From a virus, in the IMG/VR virus record IMGVR_UViG_3300045988_025287, positions 37,747 through 101,746 of that record: a stretch of DNA of 64,000 nt, one strand, 5' to 3'. The position numbers and the translations under genes were made by a program. Shown here piece after piece: positions 51,203-63,419 of this stretch; position 1 is the first letter of the stretch, and each line of letters begins with the position of its first letter. The notes beneath the pieces were generated by a model. The model made no database searches. It was not told the DNA's origin and was given only the letters and a program-made list of their open reading frames with translations.

Positions 51203-53033
51203 TGTTACCTCCTTTTCTTAACCATTTATTAAACTGTCTAATAGTATCTGCTGTATAACCAGATTGCAAAAATGGAGCATACATAGCTAACATTGCATTA
51301 TCTCTAGCTTCCTGATTACGCATTAACTCTCTATTCTGAGCCCATTGACTTAACTGACTTAAACCAGTCCTAAGTATATTTCTAGCAGTAGCTCTATTCT
51401 GAGCATTAGCTTCATTAGCCATATTCGTAGCATTAACCCATTGCTGTCCTAAACTATTCATAGTATTAGCATAATCACCTAAGTACTGATTGTTAACATT
51501 ACTTTCTTGAGATCTTAAACTAGCTATAGCTCTGTCAGTATTAACAGCTGACTGTAATCTATAAGCTAAATTAGCTCCAGTACTAGTATTAATCTGACTA
51601 GCATTATAATTACTAGTAGCTCTATTACGGTTTAAATCTTCAATAGCAGGACTAATATCATATCTACGTCTACGCATCGTATTACTAATACTAGTAGCAT
51701 AAGGATTATATACTGCATCAACTGTTTCAGGTCTACTAGTAAATAGATTAGACATAACAGGAGTTAAAGAAGCTATCCCTGACAATGCGCTTCCTACTTT
51801 ATCAAATAATTTATTACGTCTGTCTGCTCTAGTTTCTCTATAACTAATATCATTAGGTGTAGCACTAGGAGACTCTACAGTATCATAGTCTGTATCATAC
51901 ACAGATTCTACTGTTGGAGCGTCATACCAAGTAAACGGTAATTCTGGTTTACCTTCATCAATTAATCCTGCACTTGTAGAAGGAGTAGTTCTGCGTCTCT
52001 TAACTGAAGTACTACTAACACTTGTAGGAGTTGTAGTTGATGCAGTTTGAGTATTATTAGGGTTAACAGGTATATGATACCACTGATTATTACCAGTTCC
52101 CCACTGTACTCCAGCCCCCCATTTACGATTAGGGTTATAGATAGCATCTACTATTCTATCTCCTAAACCAGGTTTAATCTCATCACCTAAAGCAGCTGCT
52201 TGTATCTACTTAGTCTTAGGTTTAATACCTTTACTTTGTTTAACAGATTCCTGCATAGCAAATAACTAATCATGAATCATATTATTATTCATTTCATTTA
52301 ATTTTGCTGCATTCTCTGCAAATCTGTCATTATACTTACTTTTCTTTTTTGCCATCATTTTCTCACCAAGTTGTGCAAATGTTTCTTTTCTACCAGGTAC
52401 TTTAAGCTTATCACTTAATACTCTACTGCCTTCAGGTAAACTAACTAAATTACTATCAGTAGGATTATTATTCTCTGGTACTTTACTTATACTTCCATCT
52501 GGAGTCTATATTAATTCACCATCATCTACGTAAGCTAAAGAGGAAGACACTCCTCCATTAGCCATAGTATCTGTATTCATCCCTATCATATCTTCATATG
52601 CTTCACTTTGTAGGTAATTAGTACCTTGTACAGCAGCTCTATTACTATAAGCATTCTTCTTAATTGCTGCTCTCTTTCTACGTAATCTTCTATTACCGAA
52701 TGCTCCAATTAGACCACTACCAAGACTACCTTCATCATAATCTGTGAACGAAGTCATTTCAGCTTCTTCACCAGATCTGCCTATTAGCCCTATACCAGCT
52801 CCTACTGCAGCACCAATTGGACCAGCAACTTGGAAACCAGTAGCTGCACCACTGGCTATGTCACTTACAGATTGTGCAGCAGCTTGCCCTCCTGTAGTAG
52901 CGTTAGATTTCTAAAAAGGAGTAGTTAAAGTATTTAATATATCAGGAGCACTTTCAAGCATGTTATTCCCAATTTCTTTGAATTGAGTTCCAAATGCATA
53001 TGCTGGTACTTTTGTTTTCTTTTTACTTTTCAT
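51192..53033 (-). CDS. virion protein with Gly/Ala-rich N-terminal region (613 aa)
   Basis: Fragments 51192.. and 52506.. are joined in frame with only TAG between them. ATG 53033..53031 is preceded by TAA 53042..53040. N-terminus MKSKKKTKVPAYAFG..GPIGAAVGAGIGLIG. Confidence 0.7.
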
Positions 53034-53034
53034 A

Positions 53035-56000
53035 TTAAATTAATGAATTTCTGTATGTTGTTGTAATCTATGGTATTTCAAAAGTATGATCTATATCAGA
53101 ATCTAACTCATAATCGCATATCATATACTTACCTCTTAACCTAGCAGGTAACGATAACGCATCTTCATTCTTATCTGCTCTAGGTACTGGGAATCTAAAT
53201 GTATCTTCTCTATAATCAGTTATTATATGTTGTTCAGGAGTAATAACATTACCTTCTTCATCAAGTTCTTCTTTAGTATGTTCTCTAACTGATTCTTGAT
53301 GTTTAGTACTGAATTTCATATAATCTATGATATCGTCCTTAATAGACTCTTGATTACCATCTCTAAACTCTCCTTGTAATCTAACATTATCAAATACTTT
53401 AGTATAAGGAGCATTCTTATTAATAACTATTTCTAATTTAGCTTTTCTATCTAAAGGAGTTAACCCTATTACTCCAGTATCATGTATAGTATGCAATTCA
53501 TTGTCTTTTATTGCTACTACTCTATCAGAAATAGGTAACGACCATTTAGGATTAAATGTATAGAAAGATGTAAATCTACCTAACTACTCATTAAATATTA
53601 ATGGTTTGTTTAATATATTAAACCACACCTCATTATACTTCTTATCAAATAAAGACATAGCTTTAGCCCTATCTTCTTTAATGTTTTTATTAAAGTAAGA
53701 TTGTACCTGCTTTTCTTTAGATAACTAACTTACTTGACCTGTATAAGAACATATTTCGTTCTTATCATAATCGTACCAATAAAGCACATTATCTGAATTA
53801 ATTATACTCTTATCATTCTTAATAGACGAACCATTAGTAGTAGTTACATAGTCGAATCTACTTAATATACCACCAGTACCTAATACTAACTGATTTACAT
53901 TATCATCAGTAATAAGTGACCTTTCATTGACAGAAGCTACTCCTACTCCAGTATCTTGGAAATAGAATAGTCTATCTTTGAATACTTTTAGATTGGTTAT
54001 GTCTCCCCACTGATTATCTACATCTAAGTAATCAGCTACTTTGAATTTAGACCACTAATCTATTACTTCATTATTAGTCTTAGCCTATGAAGTTAATATT
54101 CTATTAGTATATCTTACATCTTTATCGGCATACATAGAATTAGGTACATACAATTTACCAGTATTCTATGCAGAATAAACAGAATTATATACAAAGTAAG
54201 GAAGATCTTGTACATGTATGTCCTACATCTAAGTAGGCTCTAACTGCAACCAAGAATCTGCAAAATTTGAACTAGTTACTGTTCTATGAATCTGATCTCC
54301 GTGGAATAAATTCATATTAATAGAACTTTCAAATGGTATATAAGCTCCTATATAATTCTTCATTCCGTCCCATTCTTTAGCGTCAGGTAATTGGAATAGC
54401 ATAGTATTAGGATAATCTAATAAGCTTAGATAAGTATCTCCTCCAAATACATACTTGCTGTCGTGCGCTGCTATACTTATGTATACAGAATTCTGTCTAG
54501 ATGAGAATGTGTTACCACCATATATAGAATTACCATCACGTTTAACATTAAATACAGGAATAGCATTAGTAGAATCAAAAGGATGAAGTTCTGGATATTT
54601 ACTAGTAGGTACGCTATTAAATCCAGAGAATACATTCTATAATTCTGGTACATGGGCTATAATACACGGACCAGCTGGACCTTGTAATGATTGATTATCA
54701 TTATGAATAAAGTCAGACATAGAGTAGTTAGTATAAGTTCTATTACCAACATTTATTCTTTTAGCTACTACATCTGGAGCTCCATACATATTATAATCTA
54801 TATTGGGTGGGTATTTAGCATCTTCAATATACGATGTAGATTGAGATTGTCCAAATGTTGGAACGAAATATTTAGCTATTGATGCTCCACGGTATACCTT
54901 ATTACCTCTACTATCTTGATAAGGGAAACCTACAGCAAGTACGTTAAGCCCCCATCTCTAGCCATAACCTACATATGGCACAGTATCTTGCTGCAATACT
55001 CTACCATCTATCTGAGTAACGTAATCCGCCGCAGCAAATATACTACGACTTACACTATTACCAATAGTATTACCATTTACATAGTTATCTTTAAAATCAT
55101 CAAACTTGCTATCATTTACTTTACCACCTACAAATGGAGAATAGTATGAGCCTATACCATCTAAGTATACACTTCCTTCAAACAGTTTAGTTGCATCATC
55201 CCCTTGTACACATATTTCTGGAGATACTAAACGTATATAATCATTTACTCTCATAGTAAGAGAGAAATTACCAATATCTTCCGCTGTACCTGTTGATATT
55301 GCTAATTGTTCACCAATCAAACTACAGAAGAAAGGAGTAGGTCTCATCTCCAAACTACTATCTAATTCAGATCCCTATCCTACATATTTATCCTGCTCTT
55401 GAATTCTATACTCATATACGTAACTACCTACTGTTTGCATAACTACAGTCCTATCACGTTCAGTTCTATCACAACGAACTATCTCGTAACTCACTGCACC
55501 TACAGGCATCTTCTTTACTTTGAATTCTACACCTAGAGCATTACCTATAAGAGTATTGTTTTCATATCTAAACGGAGGCATTTGTGAAGCATGAGGCATT
55601 CTAATATCACCTATCCAGAGTACAGGAGAAGCTACAGATTTATCATTATAGAATATTATACCAAATCTATATATCTCATCTCTTTGGTAACCTCTATAAT
55701 TAGCAGCTATATATGGATCAGCATAATTGGGTATATATGGATTATTCTTCTATTCTTCAGTAGGCTGTACTATTTCAGGCATTTTATTATCGCCCCTGTT
55801 TATATACCTAGTATTATTCCTAACAGTAGGTACATCCATACTACAGGATTGATTCAATCTAAACTTATCTTGTTTACTACTTAGATTTATATCTGTAGTT
55901 ACAAAGGAATACTCTATATTAATACCATAACCGCCTAATTCACCATCCTTGTTGTATATATATGTATTCTAAGAATTAGATGCATCCTTAGTATACTTTA

Positions 56001-57270
56001 CATTGTTGAAAGGATTTATACAATCATGCGTAATAGGAATACGTTTAATAGCTTCATCATCTGTTATAGACAGACGAATGTTATTACTATCTAAACTAGA
56101 TAATAGCTACACACTCCCTTCTGAATTAGCTCTGTAAGCTCTAGCATCATAGTCATTACCATCTTCATCTTCTGGTATCCAAGTATTCTCTGTTACATTA
56201 GCTGCAAATAATCTATTTTGCATTTTAGCAAGAGTCTACGCTATAAACTGATAACCAGTCATAGCATTGAATTCATCTACAGATATATCACTTAAAGTAG
56301 CTCCATAATCTACATACTGTATACTTGTTTGACCATCGGGTATATCTATCTCATCTACTATACTAATAGTAGGGGTAGAATTATTCTGTTCATAGAATAT
56401 ACGAATTACTCTTAACTTATTAAAGTCCTAAAGTGATAATTCAGTAGATAGCATTACTGATTTATTTGATGCTTTATTTAGACCAGTACCTTTATATTCA
56501 GAACTACCTTGGTTAGTTACACTATTTGTTAAGTGAATTAACTCACTCATTGGAGAAGTAACAGTTTCAGTGCCATGCACATTAAATAATTGATAACAAT
56601 ATGTTACCATTCCAGCTTTAAGATTACCTTCAGATAACCAACGGAATTTAAACGGCAATAAACTTACTACTGGAGTTATTTCTAATGAACCAGGGTTGAT
56701 TATATTTCCATTCTCATCTATAAGATTAGAATTGTCTATATAATCATTACTCATTATATTAACAATCTTGATAGGGCTATTTCCATCAGTGAAGTATATT
56801 TTTATATTAGTATCTGATTCATAGTTACCTACAATACTTAGTGTAGGATTTTTAGATAAATCTTCACACAATCCTAGAGCTCCTTTACATACTAATTTAA
56901 TTTGAGGCATATTACTATCAAACCCCATTAATCTGTATATCTTATTAATGTTATCGGATGTTTTAGTTATTACTACTGCAATGTCATTTATAGTAGTAGT
57001 ACCTATTATAGTCTCATCTTTAGGTATAATAGTATCGTATCTTCTAGGGTTCTCTATACTTTGTAATACTCCTGTAGTTCCTCCATCGTTGGTGACAACA
57101 CGGACATCCTCAGCATACCTGTACTGAGTATCCGGTATCAAATTTACATCCTGGTCCATATTAAGACCTTGTGTAAATGTATTAACTTGTGCAGTATTAC
57201 TTATCATATTGTCCCTCCTTAATTTTAACTCTTCTCCAAGTAAACCCTCCAGCGTGTTTATGTCGTGCAT
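53035..57270 (-). CDS. large structural (tail-type) protein, 1,411 aa; 16 in-frame TAG
   Basis: Fragments 53068.., 54958.., 55375.. and 56428.. share one frame, with 16 TAG and no TAA/TGA. ATG 57270 is preceded by TAA 57279..57277. TAA 53037..53035 lies 1 nt before the next ATG. The tail role is inferred from size and position only. Confidence 0.7.
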
Positions 57271-57925
57271 TTTTTCTTAAGCAATCACTGATGCTCTAAC
57301 GAGAAACGCCTGTTGCTCTACTTGCTTCTCTTATAGAGTCATATTGAGCTATTATTGTATTGCCATCATAATCGAGTTGTACTACCGGTCTTTTATTTTT
57401 TATCTCATATTCTTTTATGTGGTATTCATCCACTCTATTAGCTTTAGTATAGGACCATTGAAATCCGCAACATGATTTCTTTCTTCCATCACAACAGGCT
57501 CTTATATTATCAGGCAAAGCTTTAAGCTCTCTAGAAGCCTATCTAACACTATCGTATTCTCTTACATAGTTACCCTATTTATCATAGCAATAAATCTTTC
57601 TACCATCTACCTCACAACAATTATAGTATCCATATTCATGTATATATTTAGATTCAAGATATTTGATAGTACTAATATTATCCGCGCACTCTTCTACTAT
57701 TATAAAATTAAAATTTTCGCACCCGATTTCATCAAAATCTTGCTGTAATTTTTTATTAATTCCTTTACCGTTGTGTAGACTTCTATAATGGGCTTCGTAA
57801 CGAGCTCTTATATTAGTAGAGGATCCTATGTACATTCTACCGTTCAAGTTATTCTTTATAGCGTATATTCCACAAGTATAACGTGGAATAAGTTTACTAT
57901 TTGCTTTTATAAACTTTGTTTCCAT
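57197..57925 (-). CDS. GIY-YIG homing endonuclease inside the structural operon (242 aa, 3 in-frame TAG)
   Basis: CGIYAIKNNLNGRMYIGSSTNIRARYEAHY (GIY-YIG core). Read-through of TAG 57575, 57539 and 57296 gives ..IREASRATGVSRqSISDCLRKNARHKHAGGFTW.. (NUMOD1-like). TAATG overlap upstream. The 3' end overlaps the next gene by 74 nt. Confidence 0.8.
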
Positions 57926-58854
57926 TATGGTCTATTCTAATTATAAATATCTTGTCGTTCTCCTACTGTACTATAAAAAGTATCATGGGCATCTATTTCC
58001 GGGTATAATTTTAACCAAGAGTTCTACACCGAGGCCAAATCATCTACGGTAGGCATCATAGCTTCAGCATATGCTTGCTTACGATAGAAGTTATAAGAGT
58101 TGCGTATATCATAATAATCTCCCTGACTTATTTGACCTTTTAACTTTTTAGGATACATTAATTTCATAGTAACATACCAGTATATAGCTTCCTTATAAGA
58201 CTCTAAATCTGGTATCATTGGCATACTATCTTCATCTGTATATATAGCATAATATGATATCTTAATGTATCCTCTAGGTACATTAGTCATTATATAACCA
58301 GGTTTAGTCATATACTGTAAATCATAACTATACATAGTACCATCTTTATGACCTATTCTATTACTTAAATATCTGCCATTTGCTGTAGGTACAGTATTCT
58401 AGTTTATTAATGCACTTAATGTTTCTCTAAGATTATTATCTTCATTTAACTTGTCCAATGCTTCTCTATCGTTAGTAAGATTAAACATATTCTTAACTAA
58501 TGGGAACATGGCTGCATCCTGCACTAGCATACAAGCTTTACTACAACATTGATTATCATGAGATACACCAAAACTGGATGTTGCTTTTCTCATAGGTAGC
58601 CATCCACCATTACAACAATATGAATATGCTACCTAATCTAATTTATACAAATCACAAGGTAATGATACTTGGTGGCATTCTATTGGAAGTATTTCTACTT
58701 TATGCTCAAACTGCTATATAGCTCCAATCTTAAGTATGGATTCCATAATCCACTCCCGAATATCTGTAATACGTATCTCATCTTCTCTTAAATCGAGATC
58801 TGCTATTACTTTAGCTACTACAGAAGCTGAACTAATCATACGATTATTTATCAT
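57925..58854 (-). CDS. structural-module protein (309 aa, 5 TAG)
   Basis: Fragments 58024.. and 58399.. are joined in frame. ATG 58854 forms an ATGA overlap with the upstream stop. TAA at 57927..57925. Confidence 0.65.
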
Positions 58855-59300
58855 AATTCTGGGTAATCTTTTGTTTTGTTGAATATTATTTGAGCTAAAT
58901 TTCTCTTGTTATCTCTTGAAGCTATAAACTAATACTTAGTTTTATTAGTAAGTAGACTATCTTTCTTTGACCAAAAGAATCTATACTTATAATAATTACT
59001 ATGGTCATTAAGTAGGTATACAGGCTTACCAGTTTCTTTTGTAGCTTTCCAGTCCCATCTAAGACTCTTGCCTGTAAATTCTTTTGGCTAATGTTTAATG
59101 ATTTGTAAAGTACCTAATCTACATGGAAACTTGAATTCTTTACAATTGTACATCACCTCATCCCTAATGTACTAAAAATAGTCATTAATAATATTCTTAT
59201 ATGTCTATAAATCAATATCATAAGGTGTATTAGGTTCTATGTACTATTTATAGCTCTCATAGAAATCAGTAGTAGTATAACTCTTTCTCTAATATTTCAT
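58851..59300 (-). CDS. structural-module protein (149 aa, 6 TAG)
   Basis: Invisible in the ORF track. Frame bounded by TGA 59306..59304 and TGA 58853..58851. MKYqRKSYTTTDFYESYKqYIEPN... Confidence 0.55.
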
Positions 59301-59307
59301 ACATCAA

Positions 59308-59952
59308 TTATTTATCACTAACTCTGTTCTATGTATCATCATGCGCATCATTAATATCATCACTAGGCATAGTAATCATAAAACGTAATTCTCTCTCTAA
59401 TATCATTTGTGTAATAGTTGGTATCATTGCAGATGGTATAGGGAACTCACTATCTGGATCAAAACAAGCATTGAGTTCTGTAGGATCTTCAGCTATTACA
59501 TCTACGCTGATATACTCTAACTGATTAGAATCACCATCTACGTATATTCTATTGTTTTTAACCCATGCGATATAGTCTTTACATGTAGCTTTTCTATACT
59601 TCTATAATTTAGCTTTAGTACGACTACCTATCTAAATTATATTACCAAACATATCACGTACATTTATTACTCCAGGTCTATAGTTAAAGTCTATTAACTT
59701 AGGGAGTTCTTTATCTCCTACATAAGTAAAGTAACCTGGTACAGTTTCTTCACGATCTAAATGGATAGGTTCTATAGTAGTAAGATAAGCTTCGCTTACA
59801 TCGTGCCCTTTATCGATCTACTATTTTATCAACATAGCTCTGTAACCTATAATCCACTTTTCAATTTGTGCTCTACTTAAATGCTCAGACTCTGCAATAT
59901 TATTATTGCGAGCAATAAGTAGAATATTATCAATTAACTAGTTAAGTGTCAT
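59308..59952 (-). CDS. structural-module protein (214 aa, 6 TAG)
   Basis: Invisible in the ORF track. ATG 59952 is preceded by TAA 59958..59956. TAA at 59310..59308. MTLNqLIDNILLIARNNNIAESEHLSRAQIEKW... Confidence 0.6.
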
Positions 59953-60070
59953 ATCTTATTTCTAATAACGTTATAAGCCATATAACGCATTTTAAGGCTG
60001 TTATAGGCACTTTCTATTATCAGTAATACAATCCTTTAATTTAAGTAATAGCGGTCTTAAAAGAGCTTAA
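59953..60070 (-). promoter_or_regulatory. inter-operon region with palindrome ATAACGTTAT (59965-59974)
   Basis: Lies between a minus-strand terminator and the next gene start. A promoter is assumed from position only. Confidence 0.25.
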
Positions 60071-60102
60071 AATAAAAAAGGTTGATCTTATTGACCAACC
60101 TT
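60071..60102 (-). terminator. intrinsic terminator (minus strand)
   Basis: Stem AAGGTTGaTC/GAcCAACCTT. On the minus strand it is followed by TTTTTTATTTT. Confidence 0.6.
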
Positions 60103-60288
60103 ATCCATTGCATTCTTCATATCCTAAGGAAGCATTTCCTTCATAGGTGGTGGTACCATCTAATTAGCTTTCCTTATTATATTTTTTAATTCGTTAACTT
60201 CTTTTTGTAAAGCAATTATCTCATCATTCTCTTTTGCAGGCTTATCATTTATTCCTAACCTATTTAGGAGAGCCTAACACTTAGCCAT
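60088..60288 (-). CDS. possible small coiled-coil protein (66 aa, 3 TAG)
   Basis: Frame open from 60369. First ATG at 60288. TAA at 60090..60088 lies inside the terminator loop. The start is uncertain. Confidence 0.35.
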
Positions 60289-60417
60289 TTCTTCATCGCA
60301 TTTAGCTATGGATTCTTTTCTTTGTTTATACGTATCATATTGGTTACGTACTATATTTATAATTTCCTACTTATCTGTAGATATAGTAAGACCTAATGCA
60401 CTATCAGTAATCACTGA

Positions 60418-60651
60418 TTTATTCTCAGGTATAGTAAACTTTTTAGTTTCTCCATTGCACTATATAGTTATATCTACTATTCTCTTTCTAGGCTGATTGG
60501 GCATAGGAAATTGCCCAGGTGGTAGTGGCTCATCATATACTGCACTCACTTGAGTAACAGAACCTTCATTATACTCAGTAGTTTTCTTGAATGTACCAAC
60601 TACTTCAATTATATATACTTTATCCCCTATGTTTAATTGATTGAATAACAT
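60418..60651 (-). CDS. hypothetical protein (77 aa, 1 TAG)
   Basis: Track ORF 60460..60651, extended through its TAG to TAA 60420..60418. Confidence 0.55.
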
Positions 60652-60697
60652 AATAAGTTAGTTTTATAAGGGCTCAATTAAGAGCCCTTAATTTATA

Positions 60698-61138
60698 TTA
60701 AGTTGCCGGTGTAGTCGGCGTTACTATATGATTAATTACTTGGAAGATTCCGTCACATTTGTTATAATATATCAGATATCTGTTACCAGTTGTAATTTCA
60801 TTATTTGTCATTTGAGTTCCGGAACCATTTAATAGAGCTTTAGCTCCAGTAGATGTAATAACCGTAGCAGTATTATCAATCTATCTATTAGTAAAGCTAG
60901 TAGGATCTATAAATACTAAATCCGTAGGAGTAGCTGCACTAGCAGGAGTAGATGTTACATGCAGTATAAATAAACCTTGACAAGGGAGTTGTCTCCATAA
61001 TCTAGGACATACACCATAAGTAACTGAAGTAGTCGTAGTATCGGTAGTAACATAGTTAGTTCTCAATACTGGAATACCAAAATTATCTACAGTTCTTACT
61101 CTACCTCTATTAAAGTAGTTTAAAAAAGGATAAAACAT
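60698..61138 (-). CDS. hypothetical protein (146 aa, 1 TAG)
   Basis: ATG 61138 with AAGGAGG 5 nt upstream. Track ORF 60881.. extended through its TAG to TAA 60700..60698. Hairpin AAGGGCTC/GAGCCCTT downstream. Confidence 0.65.
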
Positions 61139-61155
61139 AACTGCCTCCTTTCTTA

Positions 61156-62079
61156 TTAGCAACCGCATCCGCAACCGTTATTATAACCATAGCCGTAGCC
61201 GTAGCCATAATCATTCAAGCCACCCTGACAACCGAAAGGATTGCAAGTTAAGTAAGCAGGAACAGGACACGGACGAATTTGATTAACAATATTTGCAGTT
61301 TGAGCTTGCTGAGAAGCAGACAACTGTAAAGCTTGTTTTTCATCACGCAGAATGTCAATCTTATTCTGCATTTCTCTCATCTCAAGCTGACAGAACTTAT
61401 CATTGATAATTTGAGTCTGCGCATCTATCTTAGCACCTACAATATTAAACTTAGATGCATTATCAGCCATTAAAGAATTGAATCCACTAGTAATTGCATT
61501 TTGCAATATATTAGTCTAGTTGTAGTTAGCCAACTGATTTTCATAACCCATCTTAGTGATGTTGTTATTTACTCCACAGATTGCTTCTCTAACATCGCAG
61601 CAGCAGCTAGCTAACTGAGAAGCTAAGCTTGCATTACCAGAAGTAATAGCGTTAATTACTTCACAGCTAGACAATTTAGTATCACAAGAAATCTGACTTA
61701 CACCAGAATTGATAGTATTAAGAGCTGTCTGAACAGCATTAATATCACAATTCAAAGTATTAGACAGTGAGCTTATAGCTTCCTTATTGCCATTAATAGC
61801 TTGCATTAACAGGCTGGTATTAGCATCAGTATTCAGCTGAGAAGCTAAACGACCTGCGTCATTACCTCCACGACCGAAACCGTTACCACCAAAACCACCC
61901 CAGCAGAAGAAGATCAAAATGATCCAAATCCACCACCAACCGCCGTTTCCACCGAAACCACCGTTGTTCATCATAGCCATCAAAGCAGCCGGATCCATAC
62001 CTTTATTAGCGTTTTGCATTAGAGCAGCAAGACCAGCGTCAATACCACGATCCTGCACAATAATTCTATCTTCTAACAT
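61156..62079 (-). CDS. Gly/Trp-rich single-TM protein with Cys/Gly-rich tail (307 aa, 1 TAG)
   Basis: Track ORFs 61516..62079 and 61156..61506 are in one frame, joined by TAG 61516. GGFGGNGGWWWIWIILIFFCWGGFGGNGFGRGG. C-terminus GYGYGYGYNNGCGCGC. Confidence 0.7.
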
Positions 62080-62108
62080 AATTGATTTAATTTAAAAATT
62101 GATTTTTA

Positions 62109-62744
62109 TTAATATCTAACGTAGCGAACAGCTTTGCCACGTCCATATTCTGAATAAGGTTCGTACTCTTTTTCTCTTTCGAGCATGCGTTCATAATCGT
62201 CTTCATAGTCTCTAGCTCTGCTAGTAGAATATACTCTACGACCACCACGCATCATACCACCTCTTCTACCACCTCTACGGAATAAGCCTATGCGTTCAAA
62301 TTCGTCATCATCATCTTCTTCGTATTTATCACGTTTCTCAACTTCTTCCTCATAGCATTCCATTTCAGCTTGTCTGATCTTATCACACATAACATAAATA
62401 TAGTAATACCACATCTTACCTTCATCAATGTCTTTGTCATTGATCCAAGCTTTTGCCAATTCAACAAAATGCTTAGTGCTGTTAGAGTTAGTAATATTTA
62501 TAATTACTTTGTAATAATCAGAATAAACCATGTTAAGTGCTACGAACCAATCATAACGGTTAAATCTGCTACCCAGATTTATTCCGTACTGACTAGCTAA
62601 TGCGGTAGTTTCTTCTACAGACCAATGTGGTCCACGAGTACCATCCTCATTTTCCATTTTACTTACAGCTTTACGGGCATGTTCCTCATTGAAGTGAGGA
62701 CCGTGTTCTGCTTCGTAAGCCTTTACACGAAATATTCTATGCAT
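62109..62744 (-). CDS. hypothetical acidic protein with RGG-box (211 aa), no TAG
   Basis: ORF track, intact in the standard code. RRGGRRGGMMRGGRR plus an EEDDDDE tract. Confidence 0.65.
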   Translation of the reverse strand: MHRIFRVKAYEAEHGPHFNEEHARKAVSKMENEDGTRGPHWSVEETTALASQYGINLGSRFNRYDWFVALNMVYSDYYKVIINITNSNSTKHFVELAKAWINDKDIDEGKMWYYYIYVMCDKIRQAEMECYEEEVEKRDKYEEDDDDEFERIGLFRRGGRRGGMMRGGRRVYSTSRARDYEDDYERMLEREKEYEPYSEYGRGKAVRYVRY

Positions 62745-62780
62745 ATTATTATTGATTAATATTATTGAATATATTGATTA

Positions 62781-63419
62781 TTATTTAGGTAACTCAATTA
62801 CACGAGTATTAGTTACCTTGATTATTGGGTTACTGTTGATTATCTGATATTTTTTGGTACGTATACGTTTCCAATCAAAGTGGAAGAACCTAACGAAACC
62901 ATTACGATATTTATTCTTGTATTCTTTCTTTTCTTCTACAAACAAAATCTATTGATTCTTAATATCCAATGTGGCTTTAAGGATTGAGTCCTTTCTACTA
63001 ACTATGATAGTTGTTAATGGATTAATTTTAAGTTCTTCGTCAAAATCTATTAGCCTGTGTTTTATAATAGTTCTAACAGAATCTTTAATCTCAGTATTGA
63101 TTACATTTACATCAGTTAGGTTCTTGTCTTTGATTTTAAGTTTTTTCTAGGCATCCTTAGCTTCCTTTAATAAACTATCATTACTAGTATTTAGTTCTTC
63201 TATAGTAAGCTATAGTACTCTGTTTAACTATTCTTTCTAGGATGCTAATTGCTCGTAAGCTCTAACATTGTTAGTTATTCTGTCAATCTCTTTATTCTTC
63301 TTCTGTAGCTAATGGTTCTAAACAAAAACAGTCGCAATAAGTAAACTAACTAAACCTACTGCGACTGCTCTGAAATTCCTTGTAAACCAATTAACTATTT
63401 GTTTTAGTATTGGAATCAT
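62781..63419 (-). CDS. N-terminal TM plus coiled-coil protein (212 aa, 7 TAG); i-spanin-like candidate
   Basis: Invisible in the ORF track. ATG 63419, TAA 62783..62781. TM helix AVAVGLVSLLIATVFV followed by a heptad-rich region. Overlaps the holin 3' end by 29 nt. Confidence 0.45.

Noticed and set aside
51962-52147. Minus-strand ORF of 61 aa (Leu/Gln-rich) in a different frame.
   Set aside because: It lies entirely inside the 51192..53033 gene in another frame, and its translation is low-complexity.
32050-57270. Fragmented ORFs explained as pseudogenes, frameshifts or assembly errors.
   Set aside because: There is no frame change across more than 25 kb. Every interruption is the same codon (TAG), and TAA/TGA appear only at sensible gene ends that abut the next start.
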